NCBI RefSeq assembly: GCF_009914755.1
Contig: NC_060927.1
Source of the DNA: the human T2T-CHM13v2.0 reference genome, Homo sapiens
Direction: 5' to 3' (one strand)
Length of the DNA stretch: 64,000 nucleotides
A program made the position numbers and the translations under genes. The stretch's first letter is position 1. Every line of letters begins with the position of its first letter. The notes beneath the pieces are model-generated. The model was not told the DNA's origin and searched no databases. It saw nothing but the letters and a program-made list of their open reading frames with translations. This document shows positions 27,063 to 42,125 of this stretch, in pieces.

Positions 27063-29519
27063 ATCCTTAAATTATTTTTTAAAGCACGTCACCAGGTAGC
27101 ACTTCGGGGACATGGCAAAGAAAGAATGGACATAGTTACTGGAGTGGCACCCATAAATGTGGGCATGAACACACACTTGGCTCTTGCAGGCTGGTGTGTG
27201 TTAAATGGACATGTGCTTGTGCACCCCCTCTGAGTGCCCTCCACGAATCCCAGGGGACTGCCCTCCCTCCCTTTAGGATTAGTTCTCAGACCATTCTGTG
27301 CATAACATAAGAGACACCTGAAGAGCTGGTCATAATGTGGGTCCTAGGCCCCTCGGGGCTTGTGTTGGGCCCCTGTGCCACAGGTGATGCTGAGGTAGGG
27401 GACTGGGCACCCCACTTTGGGAGGACTTCCGTCCCAGGGCTGCTCCATGTTCCACAAGGGAAAGACGTGACCCCAGCCTTGGTTCATGTGTGGCCAGGCG
27501 AATTTGACAGCTTCCTGGGAAAACCAACAGGTAGGGCCCCATTGGGAAATAAGGTCACTACATCCCTGAGAGCATGTCTGGCCTATGAGAGTCAGATCTA
27601 ACTTCCTACACTCACTTCCTACTCTCTTTCCCATGGAGGTCCCCATTCTCTTCTCAACGAACTCCTGAACAGCACACCGAGGACAAAGCAGCATGCTGGA
27701 GGCAGAATGAGACAAGAACACTGAGGCTGTCACACAGGCAGAGCTTGAACCAAGCCATGAGAGAGGCACACAGGCACTGTTTTTTGAGCAGAGAAAGAAC
27801 ACTTTTGGAGCAGGGAAGGCTTCTCCGCTTCTCAGAGGAGGTGGCACTTGAGATAGACAGAATCCTGACAGTAGATAGAAGCAGAAGGGGGTCTCATTCC
27901 AGAAACAGGTGATGTGGGTTTGGGAGGCAACCAGGATCTGGTGTGACACGGATGGATGGAGTCTCTGAGTCGGAAGTCTGGGTATAATTCCAAGTGCTTT
28001 GCGTTTGGCCATGTTACCATGGCAGGTCATCAGCCCCTGCAGGCTGTGAGCCTCAAGTCAGGGCTGGAGTGACAGGAGCAGAGGCTGGGACCGTACAGTG
28101 GAGGGCTTTGGCTGCACTTAATTTAGAGAGAGGTTGGGAGCCATGCAATGCTTTAGAGCAGAGACCCACACTCCTTTTAGCCACAGGTAGGACAAGGGTG
28201 GAGGGTCGAGTCTCTTGACTTCTCATGTCCCATGAGCAGCAGCTGGTTGGCCTGACACCTCCAAACCCTTCCTCATTTCCCATGTGGAGGATTTCCTCTA
28301 GTGAGGGCATAGTCTCCGGAAGAGGGTTTCCTCTGGCTCCTGAGAGGACTGACAGCCCCCTCCCAGCACTGGTTCACAAAATCAGGAAATGTGGATGCTA
28401 AATAATTCATAAACACATTAAATAAGATTGGCTCTAGCCTTGATCCCTGGGGAGCTCACTGTTAATACTTCCCTCATTTAATATCAGCCTGAGCCAGACA
28501 TTATTAGGAAGGGAAATCTTCTCTCTCTTTTAAAAAATCATGTAGCTTAAATGGTTTGGGATTGTTTGCTACTTTGCATGATTTCTGCCACCGCTCCCGC
28601 CCATTACGGGGATAATTAAGAATTGACTACGGTTGGCAAAAAGCATTCAACAGCCAACTTTTTATTTGGTTTTTTCAAGTGCCCCAGCCCTCCTCCTGTT
28701 TCCCCACCAACCCTGGTCTTCCCTTTCTAGTCCCTGCAGCCATGCAGCCCAGATCCCTTCATGCACCACCCCCCACCCCCCAGGTCTGCTGCCTGTAAAC
28801 ACACTTAGAGTCCCATGGAAACCACACACTGAATGGAGAAAAAGCAGGGAGACCATTCACTCTCCTCTTATTCTACTGCCCCATTTCCTCCAGGCACCTT
28901 GCCTGATGTCCCTCGGGCCTAGGGCCAGAGTGTATTTGTTCGGCTGCCCTGGTCACCCGGGAATGGGGTGGGCTCAGTTCCCAGGCCTGTCCACCAGCTG
29001 GTCATTCTCTCTTTCGAGAGTCACTCTCTCCGACCGGCTGAGGCAGGATTAAAGACTTCAGGAGGAAGAGCGTGCCTCTGATCACAGAAGGAAGGGTTAG
29101 AGACACCAGGCCGACCCCAGCTGGCCAGGCAGGGCGGCTGCGGGATGAAGTGATCACTGGTGTCCATTCCCCCAACCCCACCTGCAGCACTCCTCAACCT
29201 CCTGCTGGTCAGAAGAGGCAAGGGGCATGTGGCCAGTCAATTTTGAGGGGCAGCTCCAGGCATTGGGGTGATCTTCAAGGCTCGTCTCCTTTATTTCCCT
29301 GCCTCCAACCAGAAGTACATCTAAGTCATCTCAAGGATTTTTTTGGGGGGGTTTTGTTTCATTTTTTTTCTCTGTCCTCATGTCACTTATTTCTAGTATT
29401 CTAAAATCCTGAACAATCTTTTTGCAGTCTAACTTAATTTTTTTCTCCTGCAGGTTCAATGCATTATGGGTTGTTCTGAGCTCAGGAAGCTGGAGCCTCA
29501 CCTTGTGCACAATAAATCA

Positions 29520-29932
<413 letters not shown>

Positions 29933-30682
29933 TCACTAATGTTAGTGTTGTGATTATCTTACCCCTGCTGTGGAAGCAGAGGGAAAGGGAGTGGTAAGGG
30001 ACAGGGTAAGGGGTAGGGAAAAGAGGAGGAAGGAGAAAGAAGCAAGGGCAGGTCATTCCGAGAGTTTGGCTCTTAGGAAATTCATCATACGCTTCATCAT
30101 TGGTCCTACGTGCAGAGGAGTAAAGAAATAAACAGCTATCAGGCCGCCTTTGCCTTCCTACAACGTTTTGCTATGGCGGGCTTGCCCATAATTCTCCGAG
30201 TAACCTTCCTTCTTCTCTTCTCCTTCACTGTCTCCCGCCCCCCGCCGTGGCCCTGTAGGCTCATTCACATAGGGCCATAGGGCCATCCCTCAGGGATTGG
30301 AAGCTGGAGGCGGGCTCTGAAGGTCCAGCGGGAACTCTCCCCTCAGGTCTGTCTGCCTCACCTCCCCAATCCCACAGCTAATGAAGAAGCCTGGCAAAGT
30401 GTTTGGAGGTCCTCCCACTAACCCTATCACTCCCATTCTGGGCAGCAGGGGTGGCCTCAGAAGGAGAGCATCTGGGTTTGCCACTAAAACCCCCCTTTGC
30501 TGTCGCTTGTCAGTCGGGGGCTGCCAATATGCCCATGCCTCTTCACGTCCGTCTGTGGCTTCTGTTTGGGCGCATGTCTTTGTCTCTTTGCTCTCTCTCC
30601 CTCTGGGGCTCCTCTGCTCCAACAAAAACCCACAGCAGAATCCTGGGCACATCACAAATAGTTTTCATTAAGAATAACGACA

Positions 30683-30825
30683 AAGGTTACCCATTGGGTA
30701 CAATGTTTGCTATTTGGGTAATGGGTACGCTAGAAGCCCAATCCCCACCAGTACACAATATACCCATGTAACAAGCATGCACATGTATCCCCTGAATCTG
30801 AAGGAAAATTTAAATTGAAAAAAAG
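30683..30825 (+). mobile_element. L1P(B) 3' end fragment
   Basis: TACCCATGTAACAAGCATGCACATGTATCCCCTGAATCT followed by an A-rich tail. Confidence 0.8.
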
Positions 30826-30859
30826 TTCTACTTAAAAAAAAGTAATTAAAAAGAAAGCT

Positions 30860-32595
<1,736 letters not shown>

Positions 32596-32664
32596 GTCAC
32601 TCCTGTTGCTCCTCATAAGGCAAGAGAGGCAGGAGGGGGCACTGGGAGATGAGGCAGGCCCAGA

Positions 32665-32669
32665 GCATA

Positions 32670-32706
<37 letters not shown>

Positions 32707-32806
32707 TGTGTAAGTGTGCTGGTCTTCCCTCTACTTCCCTGCAATGCAAATGGTGGGTAGAAAGGAACACACACACAGACACACACACACACACATACAA
32801 ACATGC
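32665..32806. repeat. Inverted (TG)n / (CA)n microsatellite pair
   Basis: TG run 32672-32705 and CA run about 32767-32797. Confidence 0.95.
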
Positions 32807-34080
32807 ACTCATTTGCCAAGGGGGTGTCCACTCAGCCAAGAAAAAACTCTCAGCTGAAGTTAACCCTATAACCCTGCATTTGCTCTACCATCTTCAAAAG
32901 AGGTTTGAAATTCTTTCCCAAACTTTGCTGCACTTTCCATGAGAATGGGGATGTTCCTGCATAAAACATGAGTTTAGGAGGGCCCGGCCGTGAGCTAGCA
33001 GGCCTTGGGGAGCTTGTGTGGGGCCCGGGATTGTGGGGAAGAAGAACAGAGAGGTGGGGGAAGGGAAGGGAGGCTGTTTTCTCAGGCTGCATTTCTTGCA
33101 GGCTCCTTGGAGACCAGAGAAAGGCCAGGAAAGGTCTCAGCTGGGGCTGGGCCCTCACAGAACCGGCGGAAAAAGGGATGCTGCACTTAACCCCATGGAG
33201 CCAGATGGGCTGGGGTTTGAGGACCTCCAGTAAAGTGATGCCGGGAAGGCAGGGGAGAGAGAGAGAGAGAGATTGGAGAGGGTAAAGTCCTGGGAAGGGA
33301 AAAATGCAGGTGGAGGGGGGAATCTACTAAACATTGAAGATGCAGTCTTGTCCCCCCCATAAGTGGGTTCACAAAGGACAGGGACAAAAGTTCTACTTCT
33401 GTTGGTATCTCCACAGAATCCAGCCAGTGGCGGGCCTTTTACATGCTGTTTTTGAATGGCTGCAGGTGGGCAGGCAGGATTCTTATCCTGCTATCAGCAC
33501 CCCACTGAGTAGGATTTAGGGGTCTGCAAGAGGTCCTCTCCCTCAAACTGGTTATTAGCACTGCTTGAATTAACTCAGCAATGGGCTAAATGCCAGCAGC
33601 AGGAGAGAGATGTTTGGGCATTCTGCTCCTTGGGGATAGAGCCCTCATGAAAATCACTGAGGCACCACTCTCCCCAGAGGCTCGGAAAGGGCAGGAGTGT
33701 TTATGCTGCTGGGGCAGCAGAGGTTCTCAGGTGGCCATGGTGTGTGCTATGGACGGACGCCCTGTATTGGTCACTGGATTGCACACATACCTCTGCAGCC
33801 TCCTCCTGACAGGGACTGGGAGAAGAGAGCCACTGAAATTAATGGGGATGTAAACTACCTTGAATCCCTTTCTGGAAAAATCAGGACATAAGTAGTGAGT
33901 TTTGTTGGGGTTGGGTTTTTGAAATTTATTTTTTTTTTCAATTTGGAGAATTTTATGATACCTGCAAAATAGCTGGCAGTGCTCCAGAATGTGGTTACTG
34001 GATCTTTGCAAGTCACTGGTTACTTACCGCAAGTTGGAAAATGCTGAGACCAGCCATAGAAGGAAGTGCAGTTGGAAGGG

Positions 34081-34292
34081 GGGCCTCAGAGATGTGCAAC
34101 AGTAGTGGTCTTCAAACCTGAGCTGCATCAGAACCACCCAGAAGCCATGCAGAAACCCTGGCTGCTGGCCCCCAGCCACAGAGATCCTGATTCTCCCTCT
34201 GGGGTGAGACTCGAGAATCTGCATTTCAAAAAGTCCCCAAGTGATGCTGCTGCTGCTGGTGCAAGGAACACACAGGGAGAATGACTGTTCTA
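34081..34292. mobile_element. MER5A
   Basis: GAGCTGCATCAGAACCACC...GAGAATCTGCATTTC...GTGATGCTG. Confidence 0.8.
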
Positions 34293-36517
34293 GAAAACCC
34301 CTCCTTTTGTAGGTGAGGAAACTGAGGCGATAGGGTTTTAATGGCAGAGCCAGGAACTCACAGCCAGGTTTCCTGAAAAGAAGGTGTGGCACCCAGCTCT
34401 AGCATGAAACCCCAGTGTGGAGGTGAGGCAGAAGGGAGAGGACAAAACCCATACCCAGCTAAAATCAAACACCGTCTGTATCCTCCATGTGCTAAAGTCA
34501 AGTCTACAGAACCCCAACCACCTGGATCCCACTGGAGGGGCGGAATGGGAAACTGAGAATGAAGCAACCAGTTGGACAGGCAGACAGCAGCAGGAGGAAG
34601 AGAGGGAGCACACAGATTACAGAAAGCAATTAACACAGAGTGGACAATTCAGGGACACTGGGGAGTCTCCTGCCAGCCCTGGGGAGCACAGATTAACAAG
34701 CCTCTCTAGGACTTGGCAGTTGGGAGCAAGCCTGCTGCTTCCAGCTGTGACTTGACCTCACATCTGTTATCTCCTAAGGCCTTGGGGTGGGGCCTGGAAA
34801 GCTCTGCTGGGAGAATGGCCAGAAAAACCAATTAATCTCGCCTCATCTGGGCTCTCATGCCCGTGAGGGCTACCACACCTCAATCAGCCTTGTCCTCCTC
34901 GAGACTGGGAGCTCCTCGAAGCCAGAGACACATCACCTAGCTCTAATCTGGTAAGCATTCGGTAAAAGTTGGATAAAGAAATGAATGCAGGCATGAATGC
35001 AGCCCTTCTGCTCTGGAGAAGCAGGCTCTGCCATCAGTGTACTTAAGAGGAATCCCATCGCGTAATCCCACCTGCTGGGGAGGGCCAGTGGGGCTTCTGT
35101 TGCTAATTGGCACAGTATGGACAGAAGTCCCTCTTCTCCAAAATGTCCCCTCTACATCTTTCTCACTGCTCCGCTAGAGGAAAACAATCTTTTTGCATCT
35201 AACCAGCATATGTTCGGAGAGAGTCCACACCCCTGCTCTGGGAGACTGGTCTTGGAATCCCTAAACTTATGAGAAGCTCCTATTGTCCACAGATGGCCCC
35301 TTGTCCCATCAGTTTCAGATGGGAGGCTCAGAGCCCCTGCAGATTCCCAGCAGCCGCACAGAGGCTGCTGGTGGGTCAAGGAGGGCTGTGAGCTGGGGTC
35401 TGCTGCCTGATGTTGCCAGGCTTAGTTGTGGGGAGAAAGGTCCCAAGTGCAGAGCTGCACTGAGGCTGCAGAGGCAGTGTCCTGGCTCTGAACCTTCCCC
35501 TCATAGTCGACCCTAGACTGGCCCACCAGGGCTCTGGTAAGGCTTCCTGATTCCGTGCCTGGTCTCATGGACATGTGCTGTGCCTTCTATGGCAGCCCAC
35601 AAGGGCCTCTGGGGCTCTGAAGGACCTCTCTGTCTCTATTCCACTTTGGGTAATCCTCATGTCACTTCTGGAAGTTTCACAGACCAGCACAGAACAGAAT
35701 AGACACAGGGTAGATGCGACCCAGCTCTGTCGTGGGGCCATGAAACTGCAAACCTCAGAGCATTACACCCTAGAGGTTGGAAAGGTGCAAATCACAGAAT
35801 TGCTTATTTACCCCAAAGCTGCCTGTCTGGCGAGATTTCTCTCCCTTACTCCAATGTCCGTTGAGCTTTTCAGAGAAAATTGGTTCCCTGGGGGAGTAAA
35901 GGTCAGAAAAAGAGGAGAAGGGTGAAGACTCCCAAACAGTTGCTGGGGGCAAACTGATTCTGCGTAGTTAGGCAGAGACCATGAAGACTCAGGGCCCTAA
36001 AAATAATATGCTGTGGCTTGTCTGGGGTGACTAAAGATCCCAGGCAGCACTGTCCAGCCACCTCCCTGTCCCTGTTCTTTAGATGCTGTTTAGAGATTGT
36101 AAACTTACCTACCAGAATCGAGCATCATTAGAGATAAAATCTGCTGAAATGGATCACACAAGGCATTTCAAAGCCCAGCAGGCTGATTAAGAGATGATTT
36201 GTTGGTTTGTGGCACCTGGAGCACCTCTCAGCGCCCTTCCACAAATTGGATTTTGGCCAATAACTTCTCTGCAACATGAGGCTTCCTATCATTCCCTCCT
36301 CTGCTGAGGGGGAGGTGGGGATCCTGCCCTCCACCTTTGAGGACAAGTTTCTGCAGAGTCAATGGGAGACATGGAAAGAAGGGCGATACCTTTTTTCCTA
36401 CACAGAAGGAAATACTTCCTAAGCAGAAGGATTTTGCCCTTGGCCAAATGCTTGGCCATGTTGAGACCCAGACTCATGGGGCCAAAGGCCACATGAGAGC
36501 CCAAGGAGAGGGTGTAG

Positions 36518-36538
36518 CAGCAGCAGCAGCAGCAGCAG
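36518..36538. repeat. (CAG)7 microsatellite
   Basis: Read directly from the sequence. Confidence 0.95.
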
Positions 36539-37463
36539 GTTTCACCTGAACCAGTAGTTCTCAACCAGGTGTAACTTTGCCTGCATGGGAGGAGACAAGG
36601 GCACTCATGAGCTGTCTTCTCTACCTGCCCCCCCAAACTCACTGTCAGGTAAGAGAAGGACCCGAGGGCTTCACAATGTATGACATACATGTGCACACAC
36701 ACACACACACAACCACACTGCCTCCTGTTCACATCATAGGTTCTGGAAGGTCTCCTTCATGGAGCCCTCCTGGACCGATGAAGAACAGGACCCCTGTGAC
36801 CCCACAGGGGTTCTGATAACAAGAAACTCATGAGGCTCTTCTCCCTTGCTTACTCTTCCTCAGAAGTATTTTGCCTTTAAGATGAGACTTAATCCAAGCA
36901 AGACACAGAATCCTCTAGATTGATTTATTTCATTATTGGTGCAGAACATGATGTCTGTCTCACTCAACAGCTCCCGAAGGCAGGGCTCACCTCCCCATCA
37001 TTCACATTCAGTACAGGACCCAGAAAGCTGCCAGCAAGTGTATGTGTACATATATGCACACGCGTGTGTATGCTCACACATGCTCCGGATGCTAAACCCA
37101 TCCTGGCCTTGATGCCACTTTTAGCTTTTGGGCAAGTGTCAAGAAGGAATGGTGGTACCCAACAGTGGGATTTTCCTTCCCAGACTTCACACTGCACAGA
37201 TGGAAGACCCAAACCAGCAGCCGAGCCTCACCACAGCAGTTCCACTAGAAAGAGCTAGAGATTGGTGGAGGCTGGGAGAAGTGATTCTCCAGTCAGGATT
37301 GGGTGAGAACGTGAGCAAGATCACACACAGAGCACAAGCCTTTGCACTCTTAGTCCAGACATGGTTACACTTCACTTGGCTAGGATGAGACCGAGTCTCA
37401 GGGGACCAAAGGCCACATGAGGGCCCAAGGAGAAGATGTAGCAGCAGCAGTGTTAACCTGAAC

Positions 37464-37680
37464 CAGTAGTTCTCAGCCAGGAGTAATTTTGCCCTTGGGG
37501 GAACTTTGGTAATGTCTGGAGGCATTTTGGGCTGTCACAAATGAAGGTGCTACTGGCATCACACAGGTGGAAGCCAGGGAAGCTGCCAAACATCCTACAA
37601 GGCATAGGACAGTCCCCTTCCGCCACATCAAGAATTATCCATCTCCAATTTCCAATGTGCTGCTGTTGAGAAACCTTGAC
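37464..37680. mobile_element. MER20
   Basis: CAGTAGTTCTCAGCC...AATGTCTGGAGGCATTTT...GTGCTACTGGCATC...GTTGAGAAACC. Confidence 0.85.
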
Positions 37681-38864
37681 CTAAACACTGCTGCACCCTC
37701 CACGCCATGATTACTGAGTTGTAAGAAGGAAAATCTCAGATGAGTCAGAATCATGGTCCTTCAGCCCTGCCTTAGATTTCAGGCAAGCTCCAAAGGATAG
37801 GGGTATATTGGGTGGGGGTGGGGGTGCACCAGAGTTGTGCCACACACAACCCTCTGGAAAGTTGGAAATGTTCCCAGTGGGACCTCAGAGGTTATCTTGT
37901 CGAAACATACTCATGGTATGAGACTTAGGGAGATATAAGCAAAGACCATACTATCACAAAGGAGAGAAAACATGATCGCAGGCATGTTAGGAATTCTAGG
38001 AAGATGGGCATCCCTGTGACGGCAAAACAGATGGCTGAGAACCCGTTACGGATACAGGAAGCATGTGGCGACCTCCTAGATCTCCTTATTCCCGGAGGCA
38101 GCCCAAGCTGAAAACAAAACTGTAACCACCAAGGGGAATGGTTTTGATGGGTAGGCAGGGGTCCAGGCTATAACAGAGGGTCCCTGGGTCCAAGGGCTGT
38201 GGTTCTCCACCCTCATTGTGTTTCATTTTGTGCACGTTCTAAGTGGGGACCCACCACTGTTTGCAAAGAAAAAAAGAGTTCCCGTGCCCTTTCCTGGCAG
38301 TGCTGATAGCAAAGTGACTCTGTGAAGCCCAGCAGCCCACGGGTCAGGGGCTCCAGGGCAAAAGCAGAAGGATCACAGAGACTTTTCAATGGCTCCAGGA
38401 CGATGATGACAGCGTGGGAGGAGGGATAAGCCACATGGCCAGGGAAAGGAAAGGGCAGATCTCACTCTGCATTCTGTGCCCTTCACCTAGCAGGGGTTAT
38501 GCAGCAAGAGTACAAGTGAAAGCCTGGAGCACCTGTGGGTGTGGGGCATTTCGGAGACACCATCCCTCCACATGCTTTTAGACACATCTCTACCCAACCA
38601 GGAGAGGGAAGCAGTAGGAGAAACTTCTCCTTCCAGGGTCTCCTGACTCCTGAGAAAAATACCTGCAGCCCCAGCTCCCTGATGCCCCACCTCCTCACCC
38701 CCTATTGGCCCTGCTCCCTAGATCTCCCACCCCATCCAGTTGGCATGAGGTGAGGCAAACTAATGTCTAGTCTCTCTGAAAATACAGCTTCAGAGCTGGT
38801 CCACTGTGACTCGCTTAGGTACATCCCAGCAAACGCAGAAAGGGACATGTGTCCAAGTACTCAC

Positions 38865-39900
38865 CCGTAGCAGCTCAGCTGCGGGCACCATGCAGGGAAA
38901 TCAGACAGCAGGCAGGAGAAGCAGTCTCGGGGAAGCCAGCACCATCAGCCTGCTGTCTGCCAAAGCCCAGGCAGCAGCTGGGCTCTCCCACTCCTTGCCC
39001 CCAGCGACAGAAGTCAGGACTTCAGCCCACGCCTGGGAGCAGACCTGGGGCCACAGGCACACCGGTTCCAGATCCCTGAAAGGGGGTCCGGGCTTCCTGG
39101 GGCTGATGAGGAGTTCTCAGTCCAGGGGAGCCAGGACTGCTGCTACTGCTCCCAGGGAGAAAACAACATTTCCCTGTAGAGTCCACCCAGGCCACTGTGG
39201 TCAGGTGAGGTCAGCAAGAAAACCTGACCAGCAGCTCCAGACGGCTTGGTCTGGCCGCAGAAAAGCAGGACACAACGCGGCAGCCTGCCCCCGAGCATCT
39301 CCAATTGTCCCTCACACTGCTGAGCCTCACTCCCAGCACCAGACAAAAGCACTGGAAGCAGCTCGCAGCACGGCTGTGACACACCAATCACCAGTGCCAG
39401 ACTGTCCTCCCAGCTGGCCAAGCCCTGGCCACCCCACAAGGGCTGGCTCCCTCTCCCGTGTTTCCTCAAAGCTGCCTGAGGATGGTTTAGGATGATTTAT
39501 CCTCGTGGGGTGGATTATTTGTCCCAGGAATACTCCAACTTTGGCTGGACCAGAGAGCAGTGGTGTAATGCCCTGGCTTAGAGAGTGAGACAGCGAGGAA
39601 GAGAAAGAGTGTGTGTAAGAGTGTGTGAGAGACTGTATGTGTGCATGTGAGCAAGAGAGGAGGGTGAGAAGCAGTGTGTGCATCTTCCCAGAGTATCTAT
39701 CGGTCCCTCTCTAATTTCATGCAATCCCTCTCTCCTCCTGGGTTTGGAGACAGGGGGATGGGCGGTGAGAGACACAGAATCCAGAACAGGCAGGAGACAC
39801 CATCCCTTCCTCCCCGCCCCCTTGCCACCCGCTCTGGGAGGGTGATAATGCCACCCCTCCCGCTCCTGCCTCCCCCACAGCTGCTGCTGTCAGCAGTCAG
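38865..39900 (-). promoter_or_regulatory. SEMA5B: Candidate alternative promoter and non-coding first exon of SEMA5B (5' boundary unknown)
   Basis: Strong donor CGG|GTGAGT at 38865/38864. The segment is GC/CpG-richer with no recognised TE, and has a GC box (CCCCGCCCC) near 39812. Confidence 0.45.
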
Positions 39901-41879
39901 CTCCCCCTGCTGAATACTCTTGGGGAACAACTTTGGAAGAAGCATTTCACGAAATAGTCAGCGGCATCGCCCCTCCTTTTCCCAGCCCAGGTCCTTTCAT
40001 GCTCCCATTTTGGTCATTGGCCCCCCCACCTCAAGCCCACCTGTCCCCACACCCATTCTCCATAAGCCTCAGAAGCCTCTCCCCACCTGGCCCCATCTCA
40101 GAGCCATATCCTCTTCACCAGGCTTCCTGCGGGTCCTGGGCTGGGAGGACAGCAAGCCCTTCTGGAGTGTGCCATCAGCCCGGCACCACTACAGCCCGAC
40201 TTCCTCAACCTTCCCTCCTCTGTGCTGCCCACCAAGACACCCCACAGATAACAAGAGCGAGTGGTAACTCCAGGCTGCCTGCACAATTCATTTGGAGGGA
40301 AACCAGGACTGCAGAGAGTATAGTGGGGAGTAGAGGATATTCCACAGCCTCTCGTCTCTCCCTCTCCTGTAAGATTAGCCACCTGTAGGTCTGAACACCT
40401 CTCTGTTTCATATCTTGGCTACCACAGAGGAGGCCAGGACCCCATCTATGGCTTTCATATTTACCTCCTTCTTTGCAAACAATTATAGTGGTTCTCAACG
40501 AGTACAAAAGTGATTACTCTTTCTTGGCCTGTGAAAGTGGGGAGGCCCCTGCTTCTCCTTCCTACGTTTCCCTGCCATGATGGGTGTGTGCTGATGGGTC
40601 TGTAGGGAGAAATGGAGAACAAGGTAAACAGTGAGGGATTTGGTACTGGGAGGAGCTCTTTGGAGACAGATCACCACAGGCTGTGCCACCCTAGTCCTAA
40701 GGGTTATTGGCTTGACCATGAGAGGTGACCGCCTAGGCAGCTTGCTATTGTGGTTGACTGCCTTGGCTCAGGGGTTAGGCAGGACCAGGAGTGTAAATGT
40801 ATCAATTGTGTGACCTTGAGCAAGCTGCTAAATCTCTGAGACTCGGTTTCCCTGTGTGACAAGTGGGAATATTAATATCTACTTCATAGGGCTGTTGTGA
40901 GAAATCAAATTGGATGAAATGGGTACTGTGCCACCCACGATGCCTGGCCCTCAGAGATGCTGGATCCTTTATTTCTTCTTCTACTGAATCCTGGGAAACG
41001 GAGGTAGTGGCTCTTGCAGTGGGAAGGAGGCCTCCAGGTGAGCTGCTTAAAGGGGAAGGGCCTAGCTGGAAGGAGCTGAGAGGGGTGTTTAGCAGGAGGG
41101 AAGCCGGGGTGTAAACCCAGAGAGAAGAGGCAGAGGGGCAACATGTCAGGTTGGAAAAGTGAGTCCAGCCAAAGAGGCAGAACGTAACCCAGGGCAAGCC
41201 AAGCTGGAAACCAGGACCATGGCCAGGGCTGGAGGGACCCTGTGAGAAGCAGGACATCGGGTGGTGGGGGTGGAGAGAGCTGCTTGCCTGGGAAAAATGT
41301 TAGTCTGGGGTTTTCTGGAACAGAACCCAGGGACCATGGCAGAGGGTGGCTGGGTCAGCAACAACCATCAGAATCCCAAATGAACAAATGGAGGCCTGAG
41401 TAGAACAGGACAAGTTTCTCCAGAGACCAAAAGGTAAGAAAAGGGAATGGCCTACACTCTACCAGAAAACCCTCGATAACCACCAACAGCCCCTGGGATG
41501 ACAGGGTGGCCACACCCTGCCACACTAGAGACAGGCTCTGGGCAGAAGAAGCTGTAATCATGGGTCAGCCACAGAGGTCTTGATTCATACCTGAAAGCGG
41601 CTGGCCTGGGCCACACATGGTTTACATCCTGAAGCACCCCCCAGCATAGGTAAAGCTGAGAGGACACAGCACCCAAGCTTGAGAGGGAGGCCCTGGGGTT
41701 GAAAAGAAGGGATGGCCATAAATGCTCAGGCCAGCACCTCATGAGACAGCCCAGTATCATGGGGAGATCATGGCTGGGGGGCCAGGAGGTTTGGGTTCTC
41801 GTCCCTATTCTGCCAACAATTGGCTGGGCTGCTGGTCTTCTCTGGCCCACTGTATCTTCCTCTTTGAAATGAGACCAGA

Positions 41880-42125
41880 TTTGTGGTCTTCAAACTGTTT
41901 ACTTTTCAGCAGCAGAACCCATTCTCACCACTCTGAGCCTCCATTTCTCATTATTCAAGTGACATCTTACCTAAAATATCTGTATATATCCAGATCAGAC
42001 AGAAGCAGAGCTACGTTGATGGGTCAAGGGCTGGAGCCTGGCTGTCAGCCTCATTCAGCAGCTCTTAAGATGGCTTGGAGGTGCTCCGAACACCTCAGAA
42101 CACAGCCTGAGATCACAGCACTAGT
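41880..42125. mobile_element. MER102-like hAT element
   Basis: GTGGTCTTCAAACTG...GCAGCAGAACCC...GAAGCAGAGCT. Confidence 0.5.

Noticed and set aside
27344-28030. 228-aa minus-strand ORF
   Set aside because: No recognisable homology or convincing exon boundaries.
38806-39495. 229-aa plus-strand ORF
   Set aside because: Antisense to a GC-rich candidate first exon, GTG start, no domain.
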